This document shows positions 39,378 to 49,238 of a stretch of DNA of 64,000 nt, in pieces. The stretch lies in NCBI GenBank assembly GCA_965224705.1, contig OZ245056.1, positions 1,728,001-1,792,000 on the forward strand. The letters are read 5' to 3'. A program made the position numbers and the translations under genes. The notes beneath the pieces were generated by a model. It was not told the DNA's origin. It did no database searches and was given only the letters and a program-made list of their open reading frames with translations. Origin of the DNA: Spirochaetaceae bacterium (lineage in GTDB: Bacteria > Spirochaetota > Spirochaetia > DSM-2461). Positions within the stretch are counted from its first letter, which is position 1. Every line of letters begins with the position of its first letter.

Positions 39378-40181
39378 ATGGGAAGGCAGTTACGATATCT
39401 GGAGATTGCGCAAACTCTGAAGGACAGGATCCGAACGGGGAGGTATCCGCATGGGGAATGCCTTCCCAGCCAGAGAGAGCTGGCGAAAATTTTTACAACT
39501 TCCCTCATGACTGCCCGACAGGCTTTGGCGGTTCTCGAAGAAGAGGGAATTATCAAAGTGGTGCATGGCTTAGGTACCTTTGTTTCCGCCCCGGAGATAC
39601 ACTCTGATGATATCAGCCTCCAGGGGTTCCAGAACGAAATGGACCAGCACAGGACAAAAATCATCAATAAGACCATTGGCAAGGAGTACGGTCTTTCCGA
39701 TCCTCTCCTTGATGCCGTTTTTAGGGGCACAGACATGCGGTTCTCTCGTCTCTCCTGTCTCCGCATGCTGGACGATACTCCTGTTATCCTCCAGCGTTCC
39801 TATGTGGAGGGGGATGAATACAAGCGGGTGATTGAGGAATACCAGGAGGATCAGTCCCTCTATCAACTGTTCATTGAGAGAACCGCGGTTATGATCACAC
39901 TGGGCAGGGAGATTGTCAGTTCCGTACTGCTGGAGGGTGAGGAGCTGAAGCTGCTTGGACTTAATACCCCCTGTACCGCTTTTAGATCGAGAAGAATCAG
40001 CATCAGTCTGGATGCCCGGGTGGTCCTCTACGATGAGGCGTATCTTCCCGGTCAGTACATCATTATGGCCTCAAGCAGGCAGGGTAAAAATAATAGATTC
40101 AAGTACATCATCAACAGGGATGGAATCTCAAACTCCACGAGAAGCTTCAACGATCCGGATTTATGGGAAGATTTGATTTAG
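39378..40181 (+). CDS. GntR family regulator (HutC/UTRA type)
   Basis: RY.EIA..LK.RI..G, LPSQRELA, T.RQAL..L, G.GTFV; upstream TGGACA-17-TAATAT. Confidence 0.88.
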   Translation: MGRQLRYLEIAQTLKDRIRTGRYPHGECLPSQRELAKIFTTSLMTARQALAVLEEEGIIKVVHGLGTFVSAPEIHSDDISLQGFQNEMDQHRTKIINKTIGKEYGLSDPLLDAVFRGTDMRFSRLSCLRMLDDTPVILQRSYVEGDEYKRVIEEYQEDQSLYQLFIERTAVMITLGREIVSSVLLEGEELKLLGLNTPCTAFRSRRISISLDARVVLYDEAYLPGQYIIMASSRQGKNNRFKYIINRDGISNSTRSFNDPDLWEDLI

Positions 40182-40182
40182 T

Positions 40183-41691
40183 ATGCAGAATGCGAGTGCA
40201 CTGAAGGTTACCAATCTCAAGAAGGGATACCCGGGAGTTCAGGCCCTGAAAGGAGTGGATCTTTCTTTTCTGAAAGGGGAAGTGCATGGCCTCATCGGGG
40301 AGAACGGTGCAGGAAAATCGACCCTTATCAAAATTTTGGCGGGGATTGTCGAATCCGATTCGGGAACGGTCCATGTAGACGGAAAGATCGTGGAGATTAA
40401 GAATAGCAAGGATGCCTCCCGGGCGGAGCTCTGCTTCATACACCAGGAGCTTAACCTGGTTACCTACTTTAACGCCGTGGAGAACATCTTCTTAGGGCAT
40501 GACTACCCCCGCCGCATCGGCCCCCTGGTAGACTGGAAGAGATTGAATAAGAAAACCAGAGCAATCCTGAAACAGCTGCAAATGGAGATTCCCCTAAACC
40601 TTCCGGTGAGTTATCTCTCCGCAGTGGACAGAGCAATGGTGGCCATTGCCCGGGCATTCGCCGTTTCTGGCGAGGTCTACTTCATGGACGAACCGGCCAC
40701 CGCCCTGACGGACGTCGAGAAGGAGAAACTCTTTGCGGTGATCAAAAATCTAAAAAATCAGGGAAAGACGGTGGTTTATGTCTCCCATAATCTGGACGAT
40801 GTGCTTTGCATAACCGATCGTATCACGGTGATGCGGGACGGCACCGTGGTGGAGTGCAAATCCACATCGGAAATGACTAAAGACAGTCTGATCTCAGCGA
40901 TGATCGGAAGGAATCTGGAATCTGCCTTCCCGGAAAAAGATTACAAAACCGGCGAGGTTGTCTTTCGGGCCGATGGTATCTGCAGCTCTGCCGTTGAAGA
41001 GGTCAGTTTTGAAATCCGTTCTGGTGAAATTCTGGGAATCGGAGGTCTTGTCGGTTCGGGCCGGACCGAACTTCTGGAACTGCTCTTTGGTGTAACTCCT
41101 CTAAGCAAAGGAAGAATGTGGCTGGACGGAAGGAAGTACAAACCCGTCGCCCCCGGAAAGGCTATCGACAGGGGAGTCAGCCTGGTTCCGGAGGAGAGGA
41201 GAAAGCAGGGCTTGGTGTTACGCCGATCGATCTACGAGAACATCTCCCTCATGTTCCTGAATCAGTTGGCAAGGGGTGGATTTCTGAACCACCGTGAGCT
41301 AAAGACGGTTTCGAAAGAGGCGGGCAGGCAGGTACGGCTTAAAACGGCGAACTACAGCAACCATGTGGGAACTCTCTCGGGAGGGAATCAGCAGAAGGTG
41401 GTCTTCGCCAAAACGCTGCTTAAACCACCGCGGCTTCTTCTTTTAGATGAACCTTCCAAAGGTGTGGATGTGGGGGCGCGATTCGAGATTTATTCGATTA
41501 TCAGGGATCTGGCCGCACGGGGAACCGCCGTCATAGTGGTGAGTTCCGACTCCAATGAAATCCTCGGTCTGGCGGATAGAATTCTCTTTCTTAGAGAGGG
41601 AAAACAGAGCCGGATAATGAGGAACAGAGGCATGGATCAGGAGTACTATTTGAATTACTGCTATGGGAAAGAGAAGAATGACCAGAAATAA
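40183..41691 (+). CDS. Sugar ABC ATP-binding protein
   Basis: GENGAGKSTL, MDEPAT, LSGGNQQKV, DEPSKGVDVGA. Confidence 0.92.
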   Translation: MQNASALKVTNLKKGYPGVQALKGVDLSFLKGEVHGLIGENGAGKSTLIKILAGIVESDSGTVHVDGKIVEIKNSKDASRAELCFIHQELNLVTYFNAVENIFLGHDYPRRIGPLVDWKRLNKKTRAILKQLQMEIPLNLPVSYLSAVDRAMVAIARAFAVSGEVYFMDEPATALTDVEKEKLFAVIKNLKNQGKTVVYVSHNLDDVLCITDRITVMRDGTVVECKSTSEMTKDSLISAMIGRNLESAFPEKDYKTGEVVFRADGICSSAVEEVSFEIRSGEILGIGGLVGSGRTELLELLFGVTPLSKGRMWLDGRKYKPVAPGKAIDRGVSLVPEERRKQGLVLRRSIYENISLMFLNQLARGGFLNHRELKTVSKEAGRQVRLKTANYSNHVGTLSGGNQQKVVFAKTLLKPPRLLLLDEPSKGVDVGARFEIYSIIRDLAARGTAVIVVSSDSNEILGLADRILFLREGKQSRIMRNRGMDQEYYLNYCYGKEKNDQK

Positions 41692-42652
41692 CGTAGAAAA
41701 GACCCCTGGCCGTGAGGATGTGATCGGGCGGTTCATAAGGATCTGGGGAACCCTTCTGGGATTCGTTCTTTTACTCTTTGTTTTCACCATTATCAGGCCC
41801 GATGTGTTTCCTTCTTTGAAAAACATCAAAAACATTGTAGAGCAGGTGGCTACCCTGACCATAGTCGCTTCGGGAGTGACGGTGGTTATGGTGACCGGTG
41901 ATTTTGATCTCTCCGCAGGGGCCATTGCCAGCCTGGTGGGAATTGTATGCGCCATGCTCATGAAGGCGGGGACCGGAACTTTCCTGAGTATTCTTGCCGC
42001 CCTTGCTCTGGGCACCGGGGCGGGACTGGTCAACGGCCTCTTCATTGCCTATGGCGGACTTTCAGCCTTCGTGGGAACCCTGGCCACCATGACTGCTTTC
42101 GGTGGAACGGCCCTGCTCATATCAGGGGGAACGACCCTCTTCGGATTATCCGAGAATTTCAAGTTTCTGGGGCAGGGGAGTGTTGGATTCGTTCCCTTCC
42201 CGGTACTGGTAATGGTGGTAACGCTGGTGGTGATTTATCTTCTGCTGGAGCAGACCACCTATGGAAGACGGCTCTACGCTATAGGGGGAAACACCGAAGC
42301 CTCCTTTCTTTCGGGAATTGATACTAAGAAGGTGCGTCTGGCAGCCTTCGGGATATCCGGATTTTTCGCCGCCCTCGGAGGGGTGGTTCTGACCAGCAGA
42401 CTCAACTCCGCCCACCCGCAGGCGGGATCTCCCTTCATGTTGAACGCCGCCGCCGCAGTTTTTCTTGGAATGACCGCTTTTAGAGAGGGAGAGGCTAACA
42501 TTCAGGGAACCCTGCTGGGAGTTTTTATCATGGGTGTGATGGGCAACGGCTTGAATATCCTGGGGATCAACTCCTATGTTCAGTCCATTTTAACTGGAAT
42601 TATCATCATTTTAGCGGTGCTGCTTTCCAGTCTGTCGAAGAAGAGAGGATGA
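41678..42652 (+). CDS. Ribose-type sugar ABC permease
   Basis: GDFDLS.G, YGRRLYAIGGN.EAS.LSGI. Confidence 0.9.
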   Translation: MTRNNVEKTPGREDVIGRFIRIWGTLLGFVLLLFVFTIIRPDVFPSLKNIKNIVEQVATLTIVASGVTVVMVTGDFDLSAGAIASLVGIVCAMLMKAGTGTFLSILAALALGTGAGLVNGLFIAYGGLSAFVGTLATMTAFGGTALLISGGTTLFGLSENFKFLGQGSVGFVPFPVLVMVVTLVVIYLLLEQTTYGRRLYAIGGNTEASFLSGIDTKKVRLAAFGISGFFAALGGVVLTSRLNSAHPQAGSPFMLNAAAAVFLGMTAFREGEANIQGTLLGVFIMGVMGNGLNILGINSYVQSILTGIIIILAVLLSSLSKKRG

Positions 42653-43452
42653 TGAAACAGGAAATTCTGTCATTCAAAGACAGGGAGAGACATCCTCCCC
42701 TCATCGGATATCTCCCGGCTTTCTATCCCGATACGGCAGCTTATCAAGAGATGATGGGGCTCTGTTCCCTCCTGGGCCTTAGATTTATCGAGGTAGGGAT
42801 TCCCTGCGAAAACCCCTATCTCGACGGTCCGCTGATACAGCAGGCTCTGACGGCCGTTTTGAAGAGTGCACCCGACCCCTTTCGTGTCCTGGAAGACTCG
42901 GGTCGAATCATACGTACTTCGGGATTGCGGGGAGTGGCCATGATGTACAATGAAACATTGGAAACCCTATGTGTGGATTTGGTGATAGATCACTGCGGCG
43001 TAACCGGATTCGAGACGGTGCTTGTTCCCAATGTGAAGGAGAAGAACAGGAGCCGTCTCTATGATGCGTCTTTGAGAAACGGGGTGGAGATTGCAAACTT
43101 CATCAGCTTACACCAGGGAGAAGGGGAGATCCGAGAAATCGCCGCCGAAACAACGGGTTTTCTCTACCTCCAATCCACCGAGGGAAGCACGGGTGGTCAA
43201 TTCACCGGTGGTAGTGAAATGGCCGAGCGTGTCAGAATGGTGAAGGAAATTGCCGAACCCCTGGGGCTTCCGGTTGCTTTAGGATTCGGCATCAATTCTC
43301 CCTGCGATGCGGAAGAGGCAGCCGCCATCGGCGCCGATGCGGTTATTGTGGGCACTTCTTTTCTAAGGGCTGCCCAGGCAGGAAGAGATTCTCTCTCTGT
43401 TTATCTTAAGGATTTCTCCCTACACATGGAGGATGCACGATGTCCAGAATAA
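42649..43452 (+). CDS. Tryptophan synthase alpha-like protein (orphan, in a sugar operon)
   Basis: IEVGIP..NP.LDGP.IQ.A, M.YN, GFLY.QS..GSTG, LGFGI, ADAVIVGT. Confidence 0.82.
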   Translation: MMKQEILSFKDRERHPPLIGYLPAFYPDTAAYQEMMGLCSLLGLRFIEVGIPCENPYLDGPLIQQALTAVLKSAPDPFRVLEDSGRIIRTSGLRGVAMMYNETLETLCVDLVIDHCGVTGFETVLVPNVKEKNRSRLYDASLRNGVEIANFISLHQGEGEIREIAAETTGFLYLQSTEGSTGGQFTGGSEMAERVRMVKEIAEPLGLPVALGFGINSPCDAEEAAAIGADAVIVGTSFLRAAQAGRDSLSVYLKDFSLHMEDARCPE

Positions 43453-44951
43453 TCTCCGCCGATATCGGCACAACCGCCGCTAAGGTCGCTCTGGTGGAAC
43501 TCTCGGGAAACATTGTAGACACGACGGCCCGCTCCTACCCTTTGAAAGTGAAAGGTTCATGGGCGGAGCAGAATCCGCAAGACTGGTGGACGGCCTTTTG
43601 CGGGGGAGTGAAGGAACTGATGGACCGGAATGGAGATTCTTCCCTTCAGGCATTGGTCTTGAGCGGGCAGATGCAGGACTTGATTCGCATCTCCCAGGGC
43701 GAACCGAAGGGAGACGCCATTCTATACTCGGACACCAGGGCGCGAAAAGAGTGGACCCAGCTGGCACAGGAACTGGGGGAGGATCTCTTAATCGAGAAAA
43801 CCCGAAACCTGGGGGATCCTGCCGGACTTCCTGGTAAGCTTCTCTGGCTGAAGAGTCGGAGAGAACAAATCTCCGGAGAGAGAACCATGGTTCTCCTGGG
43901 GGCTGCCGATTTTATCTGTTGGAAGCTTACGAATCGCTTTGTCACCGACTATACAAACGGTTCCACCACCGGGCTGATGAATTTCGACGACAACCGCTGG
44001 GATCCAGATATCCTTCAATATCTTGGCATATCCGAACTCAACCTGCCTGAACTTGTTTCGGCGGATGAGATTGTCGGTACTGTATCTGGAGGAGCAGCGG
44101 TAGAAACCGGACTGCCCAATGGGATTCCTGTGATCCACGGCACCGGCGATGCTGGTTCGGTCACCATCGGGGCGGGGGCCGGCATCCAGGGAATAATCTC
44201 CTGCTACCTTGGTACCTCCGGCTGGGTCGCCGTCACTGGAGAAAGTCCCGTTGATCCTACAACGGGGATTTTCAACTTAAGACATCCCGATGGAGATAAG
44301 GTTCTCAACATCGGGCCCATGCTCATGGCAGGCGGCAACGTGGAGTGGGCTTTGAGGACCTTCCTGGGGGATCACGAGGGCGACCTTTCCGAGAACGCCT
44401 TTGAACTCTACACCCGCCTGGCAGCGAAAGCGGTTCCAGGTTCAGGGGGGATTTTCTACCTCCCCTATCTCATGGGAGAGCGTTCACCCTTCCGGGATCC
44501 CGATGCCCGGGGAGCATTCATCGGAATGGGGAGAGAAACCGGTCGGGCGGAGATGTTTCGGGCGGTTCTTGAAGGGATTTCCTACTCTATGAATTCCATT
44601 TTGGGGATACTTACACCGTCGTCGCAATCGGAACGAATGATCTATCTCTCAGGCGGTGGGGCGGAGAACCCGGTATGGGCGGAAATTCTTGCTTCGGTTA
44701 CCGAAAGCATAGTCGTTACCGCCTCAAGTGCCAGGGAAACCGGAATCCTTGGAAACACCGTGATCGCCGGAAGGGCGTTGGGGCTTTTTGATTCCTATGG
44801 ACTGCCTCCCGGTTTTTTGCAGGTTGAGGAAGAGTTCTACCCAGAGAAGGAACTGGTGGATTTTTACCGGGGGGGGATGGAGATCTTTAATGGGGTCTAT
44901 CCTGCACTTAAGGAAACCTTCAGGACTGTCCCCCTCTGGTTAAATAAGTAA
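43440..44951 (+). CDS. FGGY family carbohydrate kinase (xylulokinase-like)
   Basis: DIGTTA.K, SGQMQ, ILYSD.R, GDAG, LGTSGW, GERSP. Confidence 0.9.
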   Translation: MSRIISADIGTTAAKVALVELSGNIVDTTARSYPLKVKGSWAEQNPQDWWTAFCGGVKELMDRNGDSSLQALVLSGQMQDLIRISQGEPKGDAILYSDTRARKEWTQLAQELGEDLLIEKTRNLGDPAGLPGKLLWLKSRREQISGERTMVLLGAADFICWKLTNRFVTDYTNGSTTGLMNFDDNRWDPDILQYLGISELNLPELVSADEIVGTVSGGAAVETGLPNGIPVIHGTGDAGSVTIGAGAGIQGIISCYLGTSGWVAVTGESPVDPTTGIFNLRHPDGDKVLNIGPMLMAGGNVEWALRTFLGDHEGDLSENAFELYTRLAAKAVPGSGGIFYLPYLMGERSPFRDPDARGAFIGMGRETGRAEMFRAVLEGISYSMNSILGILTPSSQSERMIYLSGGGAENPVWAEILASVTESIVVTASSARETGILGNTVIAGRALGLFDSYGLPPGFLQVEEEFYPEKELVDFYRGGMEIFNGVYPALKETFRTVPLWLNK

Positions 44952-44991
44952 TAATGCCTGCGGGCATAATTATAATAATATGGAGGAGCAG

Positions 44992-45915
44992 ATGAGAAAA
45001 CTTAGTTTACTGCTTGTTGCGTTGATCCTGGCTGCTGTATTGGCAGTACCGGTTTTTGCCGGAGGGGCTCAGGAAGGAGGTGAGGCTTCAAAGACCGTAG
45101 CGGTGGTTACACCCTATATGGCCAATGCCACCACCGCCTATGTGATCGAACAGTTCAAGAAAAACGCCTCGGCGGAGGGGTGGAAGGTTAATGTCTCCGA
45201 TACCGCCGGTGATTTCGGTCTTCTGGTAAGCCGGATCGAAGACGCCGTGGCCCAGAATGTGGATGCCATCGTTCTTGGAATGGGGGATCCAGCCCAGATG
45301 ACCAGGGGGTTGAAATCCGCCACGGAGGCGGGGATCCCTGTTTTCGGTCTTGATGCGGGTCTTGCCGAAGGGGTTTTGTTAAACATTACCTCCGATAACG
45401 CCGACCTGGGAAAACAGACTGCAACTCTCCTGGCTGAGGCTATCGGCGGAGAAGGAATGGTCATTATGTACACCCATGATCCTCACCCGGGTGTAAGGGC
45501 CCGAGCGGTAGGAGCCCAGGAGGTTTTCGACAGCTATCCCGGAATTACAGTGGTCAATAAATTCCACATAGAGGTTCCCGGACCGGTGGATAACGCTCGA
45601 AAGATCACCGAAGATGTTCTTACTGCCGATAGTGCCGATGGTACCGTGGCCGGTATTTGGGCCGGATGGGATGAACCAGCCTACGGAACAACCCAGGCTT
45701 TAGAGGCGGCGGGCCGCACCGATGTAAAGGTCGTTGGTATCGACGGAACCGACTTTGCAAAGGCGGAGATTGATAAAGGCGGTCCCTTCGTGGGAACCAT
45801 TGAACAGAACTTCGATACAATGGCGGCTCAGCTGGTTGAACTGATTGGCAGCTATTTTAACGGAATCGCCCCGGAAAGTGACTGGTACCAGATTCCCGGA
45901 AAGCTGTATAAGTAA
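44992..45915 (+). CDS. Sugar ABC substrate-binding protein
   Basis: FAGGAQE signal, GIPVFGLD, SDN...G, VVGIDG; GGAGG RBS before ATG 44992. Confidence 0.9.
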   Translation: MRKLSLLLVALILAAVLAVPVFAGGAQEGGEASKTVAVVTPYMANATTAYVIEQFKKNASAEGWKVNVSDTAGDFGLLVSRIEDAVAQNVDAIVLGMGDPAQMTRGLKSATEAGIPVFGLDAGLAEGVLLNITSDNADLGKQTATLLAEAIGGEGMVIMYTHDPHPGVRARAVGAQEVFDSYPGITVVNKFHIEVPGPVDNARKITEDVLTADSADGTVAGIWAGWDEPAYGTTQALEAAGRTDVKVVGIDGTDFAKAEIDKGGPFVGTIEQNFDTMAAQLVELIGSYFNGIAPESDWYQIPGKLYK

Positions 45916-45939
45916 ATCCCTGCGGGAAACCGCGACAAC

Positions 45940-45973
45940 AAAAGGATAGTTTTCTTAAGAGGACTGTCCTTTT
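45940..45973 (+). terminator. Rho-independent terminator
   Basis: AAAAGGATAGTTTTCT..AGGACTGTCCTTTT stem followed by a T-rich tail. Confidence 0.7.
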
Positions 45974-46365
45974 GTTGTTTCAAACACCATCCATGTCGAC
46001 ACCCATGAATGCTCGTGATTTCGATGCCCGTGGGTTATTTCTTATGTACCTCTTTTCAGGAGTAGTTTCTCCGACAAAGAAATTCCCCACGAAGAAAATG
46101 TCTCAAATCCCCTTCCCATACTCTAAATTTAGCCCAGGAGTCTGTCTATTCTATTCACACAGTTTTTCTACTCAAAACATGGTCAGCTCTGACACAACAG
46201 TTTTGAGAAATTTCCGTTGACTGTCAGTCAGAGAGAATCGAAGATCTCTATGGACAAAACTGTTCAACTGAATTCTTCTTATTTAACTATTGCGGATATC
46301 AGAAAATAAAGTGAATTGTTTCTCTCTAAAAAGATGGTAGATGGGAAATTTCTATCAGAAAATGG

Positions 46366-46393
46366 TTGACATTTACGGTAAAAAGTTTATCAT
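46366..46393 (+). promoter_or_regulatory. sigma70 promoter of the R-M pair
   Basis: TTGACA-16-TATCAT, then AAGGAG RBS at 46409-46414. Confidence 0.6.
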
Positions 46394-46423
46394 TCATACG
46401 ATTAAACTAAGGAGAACATAACC

Positions 46424-47305
46424 CTGGAAGTCAAAACCAACTGTTATCTCGGTGATTGTGCAGAAGTATTGAAAGAGATGCCCGAAAACAGTATTGACCT
46501 TATTTTTACCTCACCTCCCTATGCCGACCAGAGAAAAAACACCTACGGTGGTATTCACCCGAAAAAATATGTTCAATGGTTCTTACCAAAATCAGAGCAA
46601 TTTTTACGAGTTCTCAAACCAAACGGGACATTTGTTTTAAACATCAAAGAAAAAGTAACTGACGGGGAGCGCAGCACCTATGTCATGGAACTGATACTTG
46701 AGATGAAAAAACAGGGATGGTTCTGGACGGAAGAATTTATCTGGCATAAGAAGAATTGTTACCCCGGAAAATGGCCCAATCGTTTTCGGGATGCCTGGGA
46801 GAGACTTCTTCAATTCAATAAAACGAAAAAATTCAAAATGTATCAGGAAGAGGTCATGGTTCCTATGGGGAATTGGGCAAAAAGCCGTCTAAAGAAATTG
46901 AGTGATACGGATAGAATTCGCGATGAATCCAATGTCGGCAGCGGATTCGGAAAAAATATCTCCAACTGGCTGGAAAGAAGTAAAGCCTATCCCACAAACG
47001 TACTTCATCTTGCCACAGAGTGCACTAATAAAAAGCACAGTGCTGCTTTTCCTGAAGAACTACCCCGATGGTTTATCAAACTCTTTACAAAAGAATGCGA
47101 CACTGTTCTGGATCCGTTTATGGGAAGTGGAACAACAAATATTGTTGCAAGCAAAATGCTAAGACATTCAATTGGAATTGATATTGTACCGGAGTACTAT
47201 GAAATGGCAAAAAAACAGATTAAACCTGTAGAGTTTTATCTTTGCGAGAAACCACCGGAGGATTATGGCAGCGCTAAAAATCGCCGACGTAGTGCAGTAC
47301 GTTGA
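46424..47305 (+). CDS. Beta-class N4/N6 DNA methyltransferase (probable CTG start)
   Basis: GDC..VL, TSPPY, H.A.FP, VLDPFMGSGTT; in-frame CTG 9 nt after the RBS. Confidence 0.9.
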   Translation: MEVKTNCYLGDCAEVLKEMPENSIDLIFTSPPYADQRKNTYGGIHPKKYVQWFLPKSEQFLRVLKPNGTFVLNIKEKVTDGERSTYVMELILEMKKQGWFWTEEFIWHKKNCYPGKWPNRFRDAWERLLQFNKTKKFKMYQEEVMVPMGNWAKSRLKKLSDTDRIRDESNVGSGFGKNISNWLERSKAYPTNVLHLATECTNKKHSAAFPEELPRWFIKLFTKECDTVLDPFMGSGTTNIVASKMLRHSIGIDIVPEYYEMAKKQIKPVEFYLCEKPPEDYGSAKNRRRSAVR

Positions 47306-48020
47306 AAAGAATATAGATGTTTTTCATGAGAAACGAATTGACAGGCTTAAATCCTTAAAGCTTAAAACTGTACTCAGCAAAAAGAACCCCTACCTTTTCA
47401 AAGCTAAATATTTTCTAACTGCAGAAGAAGTAATACGAGGTATCACAGATGCTTTTATCTCGTCAAATGAAGAGACTGTTTTTGGTGACTGGCTGGAAGG
47501 ACTTGCTATTTTCATCAATGAAAAAGTGTATAAAGGCCGAAAATCAGGAATTACCGGAATTGACATAGAATTTGATAGGGATAAAATCCGCTACATAGTT
47601 GCCATAAAATCAGGACCGAACTGGGGAAACAGCAGTCAGGTGGCAAAGATGAAATCAGATTTCAAAACAGCAATTAAAGCATTGCGCACAAGTAATTCAG
47701 GATTACACGTAACACCAATCAATGGTTGTTGTTACGGGAAAGATAGTAATCCTGACAAGGGAGATTATTTCAAATACTGTGGACAGCAGTTCTGGGAATT
47801 CATATCAGGAGATAAGAATCTATTCACTGACATAATTGACCCGCTGGGGCATAAAGCAAAAGAAAGAAATGATGATTTTCAAAAGTCCTATTCTCAAATG
47901 CTCAATGTGTTTACAAGAGAGTTTACAAATGATTTCTGTTCAAGCGATGGAGCAATTGACTGGAAGAAACTGGTCGAATTTAATTCTGCAAAAAATGAAA
48001 AAACGCCCCATAACGGTTAA
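47265..48020 (+). CDS. Type II restriction endonuclease (EcoO109I/PmeII-like)
   Basis: KNPYLF, SSNEETVFG, GIDIEF, IKSGPNWGNSSQ, GQ.FWEFI; overlaps the MTase. Confidence 0.82.
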   Translation: MAALKIADVVQYVEKNIDVFHEKRIDRLKSLKLKTVLSKKNPYLFKAKYFLTAEEVIRGITDAFISSNEETVFGDWLEGLAIFINEKVYKGRKSGITGIDIEFDRDKIRYIVAIKSGPNWGNSSQVAKMKSDFKTAIKALRTSNSGLHVTPINGCCYGKDSNPDKGDYFKYCGQQFWEFISGDKNLFTDIIDPLGHKAKERNDDFQKSYSQMLNVFTREFTNDFCSSDGAIDWKKLVEFNSAKNEKTPHNG

Positions 48021-48142
48021 TAAGTTCCTGTTGCCATTGGTCGCTCCGTTCAACAGGGAATTGCCTTTGCCATGATTTCGAGATGGAAAAATCACACCAG
48101 ATCTGCGAACAGGAAACGACACTTATTGTCAGAACGTTGTAA
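48008..48142 (+). other. attC-type site 3
   Basis: CCATAAC...AATAAGT TCCTGTT / AACAGGA...ACTTATT...AGAAC GTTGTAA. Confidence 0.72.
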
Positions 48143-48168
48143 GCTATAAAAGGAATCTAAGATAAAGT

Positions 48169-48744
48169 ATGAAAGAAGTTGAAAACTATAGTCCTATTGA
48201 CAAAGAAGACTGGAGGAAATGGCTTGAATTAAACCATGGGAAGAAAGATGGAGTTTGGGTGGTTTTTTACAAGAAGAAATCACCGAAGTATAACCTGAGT
48301 TGGAGTGAGTCGGTTGATGAAGCACTTTGTTTCGGCTGGATTGATAGCACCAAAAAAACGATAGACAGTGAAAAATACAAACAGTATTTTTGTAAGCGTA
48401 AATCAAAGAGTAATTGGTCAAAGATAAATAAGGACAAAGTGAAAACCCTGATCGAGCAAGGACTTATGAAAGAAGAGGGCTACAAAAGCATTGAAACGGC
48501 AAAAAAGAATGGTTCCTGGACAATTCTGGATGAGGTTGAAGATCTGATAATTCCAGAGGATTTAAAAGAAGAATTAGAGAATTACAAAGGATCAACAGAG
48601 TACTTTGAAAGTCTGGGCAAGTCTGTTAAAAAAGCTTTGCTGTATTGGGTTGTTTCTGCTAGAAGAAAAGAAACAAGACAGAAAAGAATTGTAGAAATCG
48701 CAGAAAATGCAAGTGAGAATTTAAACCCCAGGCAATTTAGATAG
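48169..48744 (+). CDS. YdeI/OmpD-associated family protein (cassette gene)
   Basis: WR.WL..NH, V.EALCFGWIDS, S.WS.IN, IP.DL, A...ETR..RI. Confidence 0.88.
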   Translation: MKEVENYSPIDKEDWRKWLELNHGKKDGVWVVFYKKKSPKYNLSWSESVDEALCFGWIDSTKKTIDSEKYKQYFCKRKSKSNWSKINKDKVKTLIEQGLMKEEGYKSIETAKKNGSWTILDEVEDLIIPEDLKEELENYKGSTEYFESLGKSVKKALLYWVVSARRKETRQKRIVEIAENASENLNPRQFR

Positions 48745-48762
48745 GCCCAAATTCGAGTTGAG

Positions 48763-48830
48763 TTATAACAAAAAAATGTGGATGGGATGGCTTGCAATCG
48801 CGAAGAAAAATAATCGAAAATTTGTTATGC
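48763..48830 (+). other. Degenerate attC-like site 4
   Basis: TTATAAC (6/7 complementary to GTTGTAA at 48136)...GTTATGC; arms poorly paired. Confidence 0.4.
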
Positions 48831-48894
48831 CGTCAAGGGATTTAAGTGAATTTAAAGTGTTCTCAGGCGTAAAGAAAAACTCGAAATCTCCCAG

Positions 48895-49010
48895 GGAGCA
48901 GATTGTCAGTGTCTCACAGCCGCATGTGAGAGTGATGGTCAGAGGAGGACTGGTAGAAAGTATGAGTTTGGAGCCAGGGTATCACTGAGTCTGAGAGGCG
49001 GTTTCAGTTC
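48895..49010 (+). pseudogene. IS5-family transposase internal fragment
   Basis: QIVSVSQPHVRVMVRG, frameshift, TGRKYEFGARVSLSL.GGFS. Confidence 0.75.
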
Positions 49011-49057
49011 ATTCTGACAGGGCTGATCAGAGCCGGGAAAGCAGGAAGTTTTGCCAG

Positions 49058-49100
49058 GAGCCTATCGGATGTACGCCTCACGGCTCGATTTTTGCTCTTC
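49058..49100 (+). mobile_element. MITE family A, left-end fragment
   Basis: GAGCCTATCGGATGTACGCCTCACGGCTCGATTTTTGC matches 8926-8963. Confidence 0.85.
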
Positions 49101-49174
49101 TCTCCAGAAGTAAGCCTCCTGGGAAGTATGGATTGCAAGGAAACGTTAAGTGTTTGCGAAAATTACAGACAGGG

Positions 49175-49191
49175 TTCATAGATAATTCATA
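49175..49191 (+). promoter_or_regulatory. TTCATA-N5-TTCATA direct repeat
   Basis: 11-bp period, upstream of the gene at 49239. Confidence 0.5.
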
Positions 49192-49238
49192 CAGCACAGG
49201 CATATTTTGTATTCAGAATAAATAACAAGGAGTTAACT

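Noticed and set aside
46138..46146. GAGTCTGTC as another MITE A end
   Set aside because: Only 9 bp match, with no further similarity.
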